From the NCBI GenBank assembly GCA_963841015.1, contig CAWJAX010000002.1, forward strand, positions 384,001 through 448,000: a stretch of 64,000 bases of DNA, in the 5' to 3' direction. Source of the DNA: an uncultured Methanoregulaceae archaeon. Lineage in GTDB: Archaea; Halobacteriota; Methanomicrobia; Methanomicrobiales; Methanospirillaceae. Positions within the stretch are counted from its first letter, which is position 1. The number at the start of each line of letters is the position of its first letter. Below the pieces are notes generated by a model that ran no database searches, was not told where the DNA came from, and saw nothing but the letters and a program-made list of their open reading frames with translations. Positions 46,301 through 61,300 of the stretch are shown here, one piece after another. Position numbers and translations under genes: made by a program.

Positions 46301-49300
46301 AATATAACAGAAGGTGCCGGCTATAGGGTTTACGTGTCTGGTAACTATGCGTATGTGACAGATATTGAATATGATGCCCTTAAGATCGTGAATATTTCCA
46401 ACCCGGCAGATCCGGTTCTTACAGGTAGTATTTCCCCCCTCAATAATGCCCGGAGTGTCTCTGTTTCTGGAAATTATGCGTATGTTGTTGGTTGGACAGG
46501 ATACCTTTTTACCGTTGATGTTTCAAACCCGGCAGAACCGGTTCTTAAGAACACCCTGTTTCTGCCAGAATGGGCAGAAAGCATCTATGTTTCCGGCAAT
46601 TATGCCTATGTGACCATTTCGGGGGGTGATGCTCTCGAGATCCTTGATATTTCGGATAGAATTAATCCAGTGCATAAGGGAATTATTGGAAATGGCGAGG
46701 GGGGTGCTCTTCTTGATTATCCACAAGGTGTGTATGTCTCCGGCAATTATGCGTATGTAGCAAGTCGTAGTAGCAATGCACTTGAAATTGTGGACGTCTC
46801 GGATCCCGCCAGCCCGGTACATAAAGGTAGTATTACCAATGGTGCCGGGGGAGCCTTTTTATATCGTCCACAAGGGGTCTATGTCTCCGGCTCCTACGCG
46901 TATGTTGTTGGGGGCAGCAATGCCCTCGAGATTGTAGACATTGGAACAGTTCCTGCAACAGATGCTCTTGTAGTCTCTCCCGCTCAGATCACTGGCACAC
47001 TCGATTTGACAGGCAAAACTGCAGGTGCGTACAATGTTGTGGTCACCAACCCGGATGGCCAGTCCGGCATGCTCTCCAGTGGATTTTCGGTAACTGCCGC
47101 TGCCGAAACCCCGGTAATTAATGGAACGATCATCACTCAGTCTGCGACTATCTTTATTGGTGAACAAGGGCTGGATATTTCTCCCGCTCTGGATGCTGCA
47201 AATTCAGCAGGGTATGCGGTAACAGATTTTACCACCATCGGATGGTGGGCATCAGAGGCAGATATCTATTCCATCGGTCCGACGGTTTCTGTTGAGGCAA
47301 CCGGACGACAGACTCAGTTTAACGTAACCCAAGGCGAATTTGAAGGGTATGAAGGTCACTGGTATCTCGTTGACCCAACTGCTTCGAACACTGCAAAGAA
47401 TGGTGCTGGTGCAGTCATCGAAGTCAAAGCTCCAAAACTCGATATCGCCGTCCTGGATCATAACAATCATCCCGTTACTAACTCTTCAGTAGTCCGAGGT
47501 ACGCGGCTCAAATTCCTTGTTGACACAAATATGTATCCGGCAGTAAATATATCTCAGAGGAGTCCGCTCAATCCTGCCACCGATGGTTACATTGATCTCA
47601 AGGTAAAAGATCCGAACGATGAGGTATATACCAGCCTGTTGAACGATAGCGTCGGCACTCCCTCTCCAGGTCCGAATTCACTCCTTGCAAATTTTGTAGA
47701 TACACAAAACTGGTATTGGGGTGAATCTGGTTCCTATTCATGGCAGACTGGTGCACTTGATTCGGGAACTTCACCGAATTATCCTCTTGGTACCTATGCT
47801 GTATGGGCAGAATCCACGCTCCATGGTATGAAAGACAACTACCTGAGCGGAGGGGCCTACTACACAGGAAGAACGGTTGCTCAAGTATACACCATAACCC
47901 TTGTTCCTGCTGCTCCTGATTCTATAGTCTCCGATTTCACAGCCAGCATCACTTCAGGCACTGCACCACTGCAGGTTTCGTTTACTGATCTTTCATCAAA
48001 CAGCCCCACCGGCTGGGCATGGTTCTTTGGCGATGAGACTTTCACCGAGGCATGGATACAGACGACGTCAAGTGCGGGTTGGCCAGCAAGATCCTGGTCA
48101 AGCAGCGTGGTGATGCCGGACGGCAGTATTGTGCTGATGGGTGGTTCGGCGTACGGTAATACAAATGACGTTTGGCGGTCTTCAAATAACGGCGCTACGT
48201 GGACGCAGGTGACTCCCAGTGCCGAGTGGACGGCGAGAAGTGGACATACCAGCGTGGTGATGCCGGACGGCAGTATTGTGCTGATGGGCGGTAGTGACGA
48301 TGGCGGTTTGAAGAATGACGTTTGGCGGTCTATAGATAACGGCGCTACGTGGACGCAGGTGACCCCCAGTGCCGAGTGGACGGCGAGATACCGGCATAGC
48401 AGCGTTGCGCTACCTGACGGTAGCATCGTAGTGATGGGCGGTGTTGGATTAACGAATGATGTGTGGCGGTCTACAGATTACGGAGCAACTTGGACTCAGG
48501 TAAACGCAAGTGCCGGATGGTCAGCACGATGGCAGCACACGAGCGTGGCGATGCCGGATGGCAGCATCGTTCTAATGGGCGGTTTTGATAGCGGCGTTGA
48601 TGACGGCGGCTACAAGAATGATGTGTGGCGGTCAATGGACAATGGTGCGACATGGAATATGGTAAGTGCGAAAGCTGAATGGACGGCGAGAAGTGGACAT
48701 ACCAGTGTGATGATGCCGGATGGTAGCATCGTGCTGATGGGTGGTAGTAGCGGCGGAGGTGAGGATAAAATATATTACAATGACGTTTATCGCTCAACAA
48801 ATAACGGTGCTACATGGACACAGGTCAAAACGGACGCCGAGTGGACGAAGAGAGCTAATCACAACAGCGTTGTGTTATCTGATAGTAGCGTCTTACTAAT
48901 GGGGGGAACCTCTACAAATGACGTGTGGCGGCTTGCACCAGCTGGGTCATCGACCCAGAATCCGTCGCATACGTATACTGTACCGGGAACATTACTCAGT
49001 AGCGCTGCAGGCATATAATGCCGGTGGATACAACAGCACACAGAAGACCGGGTATATCACGGTATCTTCTGGGGGATGGGATGGAACAACATGTACGGTG
49101 ATTACGAATCCTGGAACCTATCAGGTGCTGGGGGATATTCAGGGAACACCAGGAATTACGTGTATAAATATCCAGTCATCAGATGTCATCATTGAGGGTA
49201 ATGGTCATACACTCAACGGGACAACCGGCAATGAGAACGGTATTTATGCATCCGCATCTCCGGCCCAGATAAACAATGTTACAGTAAAAAATCTGACCCT

Positions 49301-52300
49301 TTCCAACTGGGGCATGGGTATTTTCTATGAGAATGTTACGGGAGGGGCAATTGACAATATCATCGTCCTTTCCAGCCAGACACAAGGGATTACACTTGGT
49401 ACATCGTCATCTATTACACTAAGTAATGTGAATGCATCCCAGAACTGGGTCGGTATTGCAGTAATTGAGGGATCTGACGATAACACCCTGACCCATGTTA
49501 CAGCCAGCAGGAATGATGCTGTCGGTCTCTGGTTCTATGCCGCACGAAATAATACGGTCCTTTCTGGTACGTTTGACCATAACAACGGGCCCGGTGTGTC
49601 ACTTGATGGGCAGTCAAACAACAACACACTCTCCAAGAATACAGCGAACTTCAACAACCATGGGATCTTCATAGAAGCGAATGGCAATGGATTTCCCTCC
49701 AGTTATCCTATCGGCCCTTCGGATTACAACACGATTACGGATAACATTGCACAGAATAACAACGAAAGTGGAATCTATCTCTTTGAATCAGCGAACAATA
49801 ATCATATCACCGGAAACACATTCATCAACAATCGTATTGGTATTCATTTCAATGCAACCGCGGGTCCAATTTCCGGAAATATAATCAGCAATAATAATGC
49901 AAGTTCCAATACTTACCATGGTATAGCATTCTCGAATGCGACCGGAAACATTCTCACGGACAACAATGCTACCTCCAACGGGAATAACGGTATTTTCCTC
50001 TTCAATAAGTCCCGTGGCAATTTCCTGTCTGATAATATCGCCTCATTCAATGGAATTGATGGGTTTGTGGTCAGTCATTCCCGCAACAATAACCTGACAC
50101 ACAACAAAGCCCTGAACAATTTGCATATTGGTATCAATCTTGATACCGCAGAAAATATTACGGTCTTTAATAATGATATTTCAGAAAATGACCACGGTAT
50201 ACTCCTGTATTATGCCAGTAACAACACCATCGTCAACAATTCGGTCTCCGCCAATAATGAAGGATTCCGCATTCTGATAGATGGTAATAACTCAATCACA
50301 AAAAATACGGTGAATGGAAACACCTACGGCGTCTGGGTGAATTCATCTCAAAATGAATTCTTCAACAACTATTTCGACAATTCCAATAATGCCATTGATG
50401 GCAGCATAGGGAATTACTGGAACTCCACCAAGACTCCGGGAACAAATATCATCGGTGGGTCAATGCTTGGTGGCAACTACTGGAGCGATTATTCCGGTGT
50501 TGATACTGATAGCGACAGCATAGGGAATACGTTGGTACCCTATAATGCTGGTGGCAACATTATGGTAGGGGGAGACTGGCTCCCACTGACGAACAATAAC
50601 CCCCCAGCAACACCAGCACCAGTGGCAGCGTTCAGCGGGGTACCCACTTCTGGTGCAGCTCCTTTGATTGTCAACTTCACAGATGCATCAACCGGCAGCC
50701 CCACCGGTTGGGCATGGTTCTTCGACGACGAGAATTATGGACAGTCCTGGATACAACAAACATCTAGTGCCGGGTGGTCGGGAAGATGGGCTCATAGCAG
50801 CGTTGTGGTGACGGATGGCAGTATCGTACTGATGGGTGGTGCTGACAACGCTGGCGATAAGAATGACGTATGGAGATCAACAGATAACGGCGCAACGTGG
50901 ACGCAGATGACCGCAAGTGCAGGCTGGACGCCAAGACATGTTCAGAGTGTTGTGGCGATGCCGGACGGGAGCATCGTACTGATGGGAGGTTACGCTCCCT
51001 CTGATGGCGGTAATCAGAATGACGTATGGAGGTCTACAGATTACGGTGCAACATGGACACGAATGACAGCGAGTGCCGGGTGGAGTCCGAGACAACCTTA
51101 CATAAGCGTCGTATTGCCAGATGCCAGCATTTTATTGATGGGTGGCTGTGACTACGGGAACAGCGGCAATGTTTATAATGACGTGTGGATGTCGGCGGAT
51201 AACGGGGCATCATGGACACAGATGACAGCAAGTGCCGGGTGGAGCCCCAGACATAGTTTCAGCAGTCTTGTGATGCCAGATGGCAGTGTCATATTGATGG
51301 GCGGTTCTGAAGGCACTGACGATCAGAATAAAAATGATGTTTGGAGATCGACAGATTACGGAGCAACGTGGACTCTAGTGAACGCTGGTGCTGCATGGAC
51401 GGTAAACAAGGGTCATGGTAGCGTCGTAATGCCAGACGGTAGTATAGTCCTGATGGGTGGCGATGCTGCCAACAGTGTTTCGACGATCAATCACAACGTA
51501 TGGAGATCGACGGATAACGGTACAACGTGGACTCTGGTGAACGCAGCTCCTGGATGGACAGCGAGAAGTTATTTGACGAGTGTCGTAATGCCGGACAGCA
51601 GCATTATCCTGATGGGCGGCAGTGCGAATGATGGCCTTAAGAATGATGTATGGCGATTCAACCCTGCTGGTTCAACAGAACAGAATCCATCGCACATCTA
51701 TACCTCACCGGGAACTTATTCAGTATCGCTTCAGGTGAATAATGCCGGTGGATATAACAGTACGCATAAGATGGAGTATATCTCGGTATCTTCTGGAGCA
51801 ACCTCCGGTCCCGTCCACAACCTCAATTCAGGTTTAAATTATACCACTATTCAGGAAGCGATTGACAACGCTACGGCTCTCGATACGATCCTTGTTGACG
51901 GCGGGACCTATTATGAGAATGTGGATGTCAACAAATCCCTTACCATCCGCGGCAACGAGACAGGCTCAGGACCTCCGGCCCTGAATGCCGGTGGAAGCGG
52001 CAATGGTTTTTCAGTCTCTTCAGATAATGTTACAATTGAAAACTTCAGCGTCATCAATACAGAGGTTACAATATATATCACGAAAGACTTCGCCAGAATA
52101 ATTAACAATAATCTTAATGGACGGATCCATGTTGATGGTGGTTCGAATTCAGAGCTCTATGGTAATAACCTCACCGGTGGCAGTGAGGGAATTGTCCTCC
52201 GTTCATCTGTAAACCACACCGTTTCCCACAATACAATCCGGAACAAAGCAAACAGTGGCATGTACCTGTATGCAACTTCCGATAACCGTATTGAATTTAA

Positions 52301-55300
52301 CAGGATTGAGAATAATGGGCAGGCAGGAGGTGACCACAGTGGTATCGGTATGGATTATGTCAGACTCTTCTGTCATCGCAAACAACAGTATCATCTCCAA
52401 TGGATTTGCCGGTATTCGACCACTTGGATCGAGCAATAACCAGATTTTTAACAATACTATTTCAGGAAACACTTACGGAATATACTGGCGTTCCTATGAC
52501 AGCGGGAACGTGATCTACCTCAATAACCTCGAAAACAGTATCAATGCAAATGATGCTACAGCTTCAAGCGGTGCGCTCAATTCACCCGATCCAATCACCT
52601 ATACCTACAATGGAGTCGGTCACGTCTCTAGCCTCGGTAACTACTGGCACGATTATTCCGGAACCGATACCGATAACGACGGAATCGGGAATGCGCCGTA
52701 TTCTCTGGGATCCGGACAAGATACTTTCCCCTTAATCGGGATGTGGGACGGATCGTCGAATAGTATTGCATCAGGAGCACCAGTTGCCAACTTCACCGCT
52801 AATGTCACTTCAGGAACCGCTCCGCTCTCTGTACAGTTTACTGACCTTTCAACCAGTTCACCGATATCATGGAACTGGGACTTTGGTGATGGATCTACAG
52901 AAAATAATACAATTCAGAATCCGATCCACACCTATTATAATTCAGGCATCTACTCAGTGAACCTGAATGCAAGCAATGCCGGGGGCAGCGATGAACTCCA
53001 GCGTTCTGATTATATTGAAGTCATAACTCCACCTCAGGTCGGACCAGTCCTTGAACTCCATCTTGATGAAAATGGTGGAACGACTGCAATAGATTCTTCG
53101 GGTAATGGTCTGGATGGAATAATTCTGGGATCTCCTGTCTGGGTGGAGGGAATCTCCGGCAGAGGATTGTACCTGGATGGTGTAAATGATTATATTAATC
53201 TCGGAAATTCTCCATTGCTAAACCTGCGAAATGCTTTCACGATGGAAGTATGGGTTAATACTTCGGTTAATCAGATAGACAGGGCGTTTCTGCAGAGAGG
53301 GGATGGATCTTCGTATCCAACAGCTCATTACATTTTTGGTATGGATGGGGATCTCTGTAATATCCGGACCCAGTATAGTACATCTTCTGGTGGATGGAAA
53401 GTGACCCCTTCAACAACAACGATCGATACCGGCCACTGGGTCCACTGTGTTGCAACCTTCAACGGGACCTCTCAGACAATATACATTAATGGCGTTAAAG
53501 AGGCTTCAACTCCCCAGAGTGCTCCTCTGAACAATGTAACTAATAACGTATCCGTTGGATTGAGTCTCCCCAACCGCTATTTCTCCGGGACTTTGGATGA
53601 GATTCGTGTTTTTAACAGGGCATTATCAGAAGAAGAAGTTTGGGCGAATTTCCAACAGTATGCCACAACAATTCCAGTGGCCAACTTCACAGCAAACGTC
53701 ACTTCTGGCATAGTACCACTCACCGTGCAATTCACTGATACATCAACCGGTTCCCCAACCCTGTGGAACTGGGATTTCGGTGATGGTGCTACATCAGCAG
53801 TCCAGAATCCCTCCCATAATTATACTGCTGCCGGTACTTACATGGTCACCCTGAATGCGACAAACACAGCGGGATCTGACTGGGAGAACAAGACATCTTA
53901 TATTACCGTAACATCTCTGGACCCTGTCGTGCTCCTTCACCTGGATGAAGGGACGGGACTGGTTGCAGTGGATGCAACAGGCAATGGTCAGGATGGGATC
54001 ATTCATGATGCTCTCTGGACATCAGGCATCTCTGGCGATGCATTATCGTTCGATGGTTTTGGCGATTATGTGGATGCTGATCTGAATAACGGCATTACGG
54101 GTGACCTGACAGTATCCCTCTGGATGAAATCGAAAAACCTGACCGGCTACCAGCCGCGGATTCTCGATCTTGGCACTCCCAGCTCCATCGGACTGCAGCT
54201 CTGCATGTTCACCGATGGAAGGCTGCTTATAGACAACAGCGGGGGACCATCAGATGAAGTCTTTACAATTGATACGTTCAATGATGGGATCTGGCATCAT
54301 ATAGCAGGGGTCAGGAGGGGAACTACCTATGATCTATATGTTGATGGTCAATTCCAGTCTACTGCATCAGGCAGCATTCCGACTTACAACAGGATCTTCC
54401 TTGGCAAGCGGGCTGCAGTTTCCGATGAATACTTTAACGGGTCGATCGATGAAGTAGCGATCTACCCAAGAGCACTCTCTGCAGATGAGATCCTCGCTCA
54501 CTATCAGGTCCATGAAGGCAATATTACCCATGCACCAGTATCCAGCTTCGCTGCCAACGTAACATCAGGAACAGCTCCACTCACAGTCCAATTCACCGAT
54601 ACTTCGACCAACACTCCAACTTCCTGGCTGTGGTCGTTTGGCGACGGGAACTCCAGTATCGAACAGAATCCGTCGAATGTCTATGCAACGCCCGGGACTT
54701 ACACGGTCTCGCTCACGGCAACGAACATTGCCGGATCCAATACAACAGTAAAGACAGCGTTCATTACGGTAACCGCAGCTGCAGTAGTTCCGGTTGCCGA
54801 GTTTTCAGCCACTCCAACCGGAGGAGCAGCTCCACTCACGGTCATTTTCTCCGATGAATCCCTGAATGCCCCGGACAGCTGGCTGTGGTCGTTTGGCGAC
54901 GGGAACTCCAGTATCGAACAGAATCCGTCGAATGTCTATGCAGCACCCGGGACTTACACGGTCTCGCTCACGGCAACTAACATTGCCGGATCCAATACAA
55001 CAGTAAAGACATCGTTCATTACGGTTACTGCAGCTGCAGTAGTTCCGGTTGCTGAGTTTTCAGCCACTCCAACCGGAGGAGTAGCACCGCTGACGGTTCA
55101 GTTCTCCGATGAGTCCCTGAATGCTCCGGACAGCTGGCTCTGGTCGTTTGGTGATGGGAACTCCAGTATCGAACAGAATCCGTCGAATGTCTATGCAGCA
55201 CCCGGGACTTACACGGTCTCGCTCACGGCAACTAACATTGCCGGATCCAATACCACCACCAAGACAGCGTTCATTACGGTAACCGCAGCTGCAGTAGTTC

Positions 55301-58300
55301 CGGTTGCCGAGTTTTCAGCCACTCCAACCGGAGGAGTCAGCTCCTCTGACGGTCATTTTCTCCGATGAATCCCTGAATGCCCCGGACAGCTGGCTGTGGT
55401 CATTTGGCGACGGGAACTCCAGTATCGAACAGAATCCTTCGAATGTCTATGCAACACCCGGGACCTACACGGTCTCACTCACGGCAACGAACATTGCCGG
55501 ATCCAATACCACAACTAAAACAGGACTTATCGAAGTTACTGCTGCGACTATAACACCTGTTGCTGAGTTCACTGCGGTTCCAACATCCGGGGTAGCACCG
55601 CTGACGGTGCAGTTCACGGATACTTCGACGAACGTACCGACCAGCTGGCTGTGGTCATTTGGTGATGGGAATTCAAGTATACTCCAGAGTCCGGCATTTA
55701 CGTACTCAACACCCGGGACCTACACGGTTTCCCTCACGGCGACAAACCTGGCAGGGAGTGATACCAATACCAAGGCGAGTCTCATCAATGTCACACCAAA
55801 TGTAACACCCCCGGTTGTACCGGTTGCTGAGTTCACCGCGGTACCAACCTCAGGGGTAGCTCCGTTAACGGTGCAGTTCACGGATACTTCCACGAACGTA
55901 CCGACATCGTGGCTGTGGTCATTCGGAAACGGGAACTCCAGTATCGAACAGAATCCGTCGAATGTCTATGCAACACCCGGGACCTACACGGTCTCGCTCA
56001 CGGCAACAAACCTTGCCGGATCCAATACAACAGTAAAGACATCGTTCATTATGGTTACTGCAGCTGCAGTAGTTCCGGTTGCCGAGTTTTCAGCCACTCC
56101 AACCGGAGGAGTAGCACCGCTGACTGTTCAGTTCTCCGATGAGTCCCTGAATGCTCCGGACAGCTGGCTGTGGTCGTTCGGTGACGGGAACTCCAGTAAC
56201 GAACAGAATCCTTCGAATGTCTATGCAATACCCGGAACCTACACGGTCTCGCTCACGGCAACGAACATTGCCGGATCCAATACCACAACTAAAACAGGAC
56301 TTATCGAAGTTACTGCTGCGACTATAATACCTGTTGCCGAGTTTTCAGCCACACCAACCGGAGGAGCAGCTCCACTCACGGTCACATTTTCCGATGAATC
56401 CCTGAATGCCCCGGACAGCTGGCTCTGGTCGTTTGGTGACGGGAACTCCAGTATTGAACAGAATCCCTCAAATGTCTATGCAGCACCCGGGACCTACACG
56501 GTCTCACTCACGGCAACAAACCTTGCCGGATCCAATACCACCACCAAGACAGGATTCATAAGTTACTGCTGCGACTAGTAACACCGGTTGCCGAGTTTTC
56601 AGCCACTCCAACCGGAGGAGCAGCTCCACTCACGGTGCACGTTCACGGATGACTCCCCGAATGCCCCGGACCAGCTGGTTGTGGTCGTTCGGTGATGGGA
56701 ATTCAAGTATACGATCAGAATCCGTCGAATTTCGTACTGCAACACCCGGGACCTACACGGTCTCGCTCACGGCAACGAACATTGCCGGATCCAATACCAC
56801 AACCAAGACATCGTTCTTATCGAGTTACTGCAGCGACTAGTAGCTCCGGTTGCCGAGTTTTCAGCCACTCCAACCGGAGGAGCAGCTCCACTCACGGTCA
56901 CATTCTCCGATGAGTCCCTGAATGCCCCGGATAGCTGGCTGTGGTCGTTTGGTGATGGGAACTCCAGTATCGAACAGAATCCGTCGAATGTCTATGCAAC
57001 ACCCGGGACCTACACGGTCTCACTCACGGCAACGAACATTCCCGGATCCAATACCACAACCAAGACATCGTTCATTATGGTTACTGCAGCTGCAGTAGTT
57101 CCGGTTGCCGAGTTTTCAGCCACTCCAACCGGAGGAGTAGCACCGCTGACGGTTCAGTTCTCCGATGAGTCCCTGAATGCTCCGGACAGCTGGCTGTGGT
57201 CGTTTGGCGACGGGAACTCCAGTATCGAACAGAATCCGTCGAATGTCTATGCAACACCCGGGACTTACACGGTCTCGCTCACGGCAACGAACATTGCCGG
57301 ATCCAATACCACCACCAAGACAGCGTTCATTACGGTTACTGCAGCTGCAGTAGTTCCGGTTGCTGAGTTTTCAGCCACTCCAACCGGAGGAGTAGCTCCT
57401 CTGACGGTGCAGTTCACGGATACTTCCACGAACGTACCGACATCGTGGTTGTGGTCGTTCGGTGACGGGAACTCCAGTAACGAACAGAATCCGTTGAATG
57501 TCTATGCAGCACCCGGGACCTACACGGTCTCGCTCACGGCAACGAACATTGCCGGATCCAATACCACCACCAAGACAGCGTTCATTACGGTAACCGCAGC
57601 TGCAGTAGTTCCGGTTGCTGAGTTTTCAGCCACTCCAACCGGAGGAGTAGCACCGCTGACGGTTCAGTTCTCCGATGAATCCCTGAATGCCCCGGACAGC
57701 TGGCTGTGGTCGTTCGGTGACGGGAACTCCAGTATCGAACAGAATCCGTTGAATGTCTATGCAGCACCCGGGACCTACACGGTCTCGCTCACGGCAACGA
57801 ACATTGCCGGATCCAATACAACAGTAAAGACAGCGTTCATTACGGTAACCGCAGCTGCAGTAGTTCCGGTTGCCGAGTTTTCAGCCACTCCAACCGGAGG
57901 AGTAGCTCCACTGACGGTCATTTTCTCCGATGAATCCCTGAATGCCCCGGACAGCTGGCTGTGGTCGTTTGGCGACGGGAACTCCAGTATCGAACAGAAT
58001 CCGTTGAATGTCTATGCAGCACCCGGGACTTACACGGTCTCGCTCACGGCAACTAACATTGCCGGATCCAATACAACAGTAAAGACAGCGTTCATTACGG
58101 TTACTGCAGCTGCAGTAGTTCCGGTTGCTGAGTTTTCAGCCACTCCAACCGGAGGAGTAGCACCGCTGACTGTTCAGTTCACGGATACATCGACGAACGT
58201 ACCGACATCGTGGCTATGGTCGTTCGGTGATGGGAATTCGAGTATACTTCAGAGTCCGGCATTTACGTACTCAACACCTGGAACCTACACGGTTTCACTC

Positions 58301-61300
58301 ACGGCAACAAACCTTGCCGGAAGTGATACCAACACCAAGGCGAGTCTCATCAATGTCACACCAAATGTTACACCCCCGGTTATACCAGTTGCCGAGTTTA
58401 CCGCGGTACCAACATCCGGGGTAGCACCGCTGACGGTGCAGTTCACGGATACATCGACGAACGTACCGACCAGCTGGTTATGGTCGTTTGGTGATGGGAA
58501 TTCAAGTATACTCCAGAGTCCGGCATTTATCTACTCAACACCTGGGACCTACACGGTCTCGCTCACGGCAACAAACCTTGCCGGAAGTACGACCAACACC
58601 AAGACGGGACTCATTACAGTTACTGCTGCGACAATAACACCGGTTGCCGAGTTCACTGCGGTACCAACGTCCGGTGTAGCACCGCTGACGGTGCAGTTCA
58701 CGGATACTTCCACAAACGTACCGACATCGTGGTTGTGGTCGTTCGGAGATGGGAACTCCAGTATACTCCAGAGTCCGGCATTTACGTACTCAACACCCGG
58801 GACCTACACGGTTTCACTCACGGCGACAAACCTGGCAGGGAGTACGACCAACACCAAGACGGGACTCATTACAGTTACTGCTGCAACTATAACACCAGTT
58901 GCCGAGTTTACCGCGGTACCAACGTCCGGTGTAGCACCGCTGACGGTGCAGTTCACGGATACTTCGACGAACGTACCGACCAGCTGGCTGTGGTCGTTTG
59001 GTGATGGGAATTCAAGTATACTCCAGAGTCCGGCATTTACGTACTCAACACCCGGGACCTACACGGTCTCGCTAACGGCGACAAACACGGCTGGGAGCAC
59101 GACCAACACCAAGACGGGACTTATCATAGTAACTGCTGCAACTGTAGTTCCGGTTGCCGAGTTCACTGCGGTACCAACATCCGGGGTAGCACCGCTGACG
59201 GTTCAGTTCACGGATACTTCGACGAACGTACCGACCAGCTGGCTGTGGTCGTTTGGTGATGGGAATTCAAGTATACTCCAGAGTCCGGCATTTACGTACT
59301 CAACACCCGGGACCTACACGGTTTCACTCACGGCGACAAACACGGCTGGGAGCACGACCAACACCAAGACGGGACTCATTACAGTTACTGCTGCGACTAT
59401 AACACCGGTTGCCGAGTTCACTGCGGTACCAACATCCGGGGTAGCACCGCTGACGGTTCAGTTCACGGATACTTCCACGAACGTACCGACCAGCTGGCTG
59501 TGGTCGTTTGGTGATGGGAATTCAAGTATACTCCAGAGTCCGGCATTTACGTACTCAACACCCGGGACCTACACGGTTTCACTCACGGCGACAAACACGG
59601 CTGGGAGCACGACCAACACCAAGACGGGACTCATTACAGTTACTGCTGCGACTATAACACCGGTTGCCGAGTTCACTGCGGTACCAACATCCGGGGTAGC
59701 ACCGCTGACGGTTCAGTTCACGGATACTTCCACGAACGTGCCGACCAGCTGGCTGTGGTCGTTTGGTGATGGGAATTCGAGTATACTCCAGAGTCCGGCA
59801 TTTACGTACTCAACACCTGGGATCTACACGGTCTCGCTTACGGCGACAAACACGGCTGGGAGCACGACCAACACCAAGACGGGACTCATTACAGTTACTG
59901 CTGCAACTATAACACCAGTTGCCGAGTTTACCGCGGTACCAACATCCGGGGTAGTTCCGCTGACGGTTCAGTTCACGGATACTTCCACGAACGTGCCGAC
60001 CAGCTGGCTGTGGTCATTTGGTGACGGGAACTCCAGTATACTCCAGAGTCCGGCATTTACGTACTCAACACCTGGGACCTACACGGTCTCGTTCACGGCA
60101 ACGAACATTGCCGGAAGTACGACCAACACCAAGACGGGACTCATTTCAGTTACTGCTGCAACTGTAGTTCCGGTTGCCTGAGTTCACTGCGGTACCAACC
60201 TCAGGGGTAGCTCCTCTGACGGTGCAGTTCACGGATACCTCCACAAACGCCCCCACCTCTTGGATATGGCTGTTCGGAGACGGTAATGCAAGTGCGCTTC
60301 AGAGCCCCTCGTTTGTCTATTCGAGTCCCGGGTTCTACACAGTCGCCCTGACAGCTACTAACGATGCTGGTTCTAACACAACCACTAAGACGAATTATAT
60401 CAACGTCACCGCCGCTGTTGTTGCTCCAGAGAATGGTGGGACTGATAGTGATGATGGCACTACTGGCCAGGCAAGCACGAATCTGGCTGAACTGAGTGCT
60501 ATCGGATTCACCCCTTCAGATCCATCACAGTCTGTCCCTGAGTCTATAGGTCTGGTATACACGTATATTGATCTTAGTCCTGAGCAGTACCAGGCGAACT
60601 CCAACCCTGAAATGCTGTTTGACATTCCTTCTTCATGGTTTACCGAGCATGATATGGAACCGGAAAATATTGTCCTGATGGGGTATGTGAACAACCAATG
60701 GCAGGAAATCCGGACAACTCTTGTGAGCAAGACCCCCGATCGGGCTTATTACAAGGTAGATACACCGAAGGTCAATCTGGTAGCTATTGTTGCCGTTCCC
60801 GCCCAGGTCTCCCAGACCACCGGACAGGCCACACAGACTTCTCCGATGGGATTTGAGGGATTGAGTTTCAATGCCGATGGGACAGATACCCTTGTTCTGA
60901 ATCTCGATCAGGCACAAAATACCGGGGCTCAGGTTACCATCTTTTCTGACCGCGTGGAAGTCTACCAGCACAGTTCCCCGGGAGTGCTCATTACTTTCTG
61001 GGGTGACCGGTTTGTGAAAATTGGAGGAAATATTACCGGGAAAGTGACAAAAGCTGACTTCGTAACAGATCCTCTGGTTGCAAATCTGTCCATCGGCAAT
61101 GTATCGGGTTCAGTGAAGGCAATCTTGTCATCGCTGACAGAGAGAGGTGCAGTTAAAACCACAATACAGGGTAATGTCAGCCAGGAGACGGTGGAACAAT
61201 TCCAGACGATCACTGAGAAGAACAACCTTCAGATGCAATCTGTTGCCTACACGCTTGATGTCCGGAAAGTAAAGATACCTCAGACCAGCGCTGCAAATAT

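Noticed and set aside
54535-60415. CRISPR-like or non-coding tandem array
   Set aside because: Units are ~255-bp coding PKD domains with no unique spacers, and there are no cas genes.
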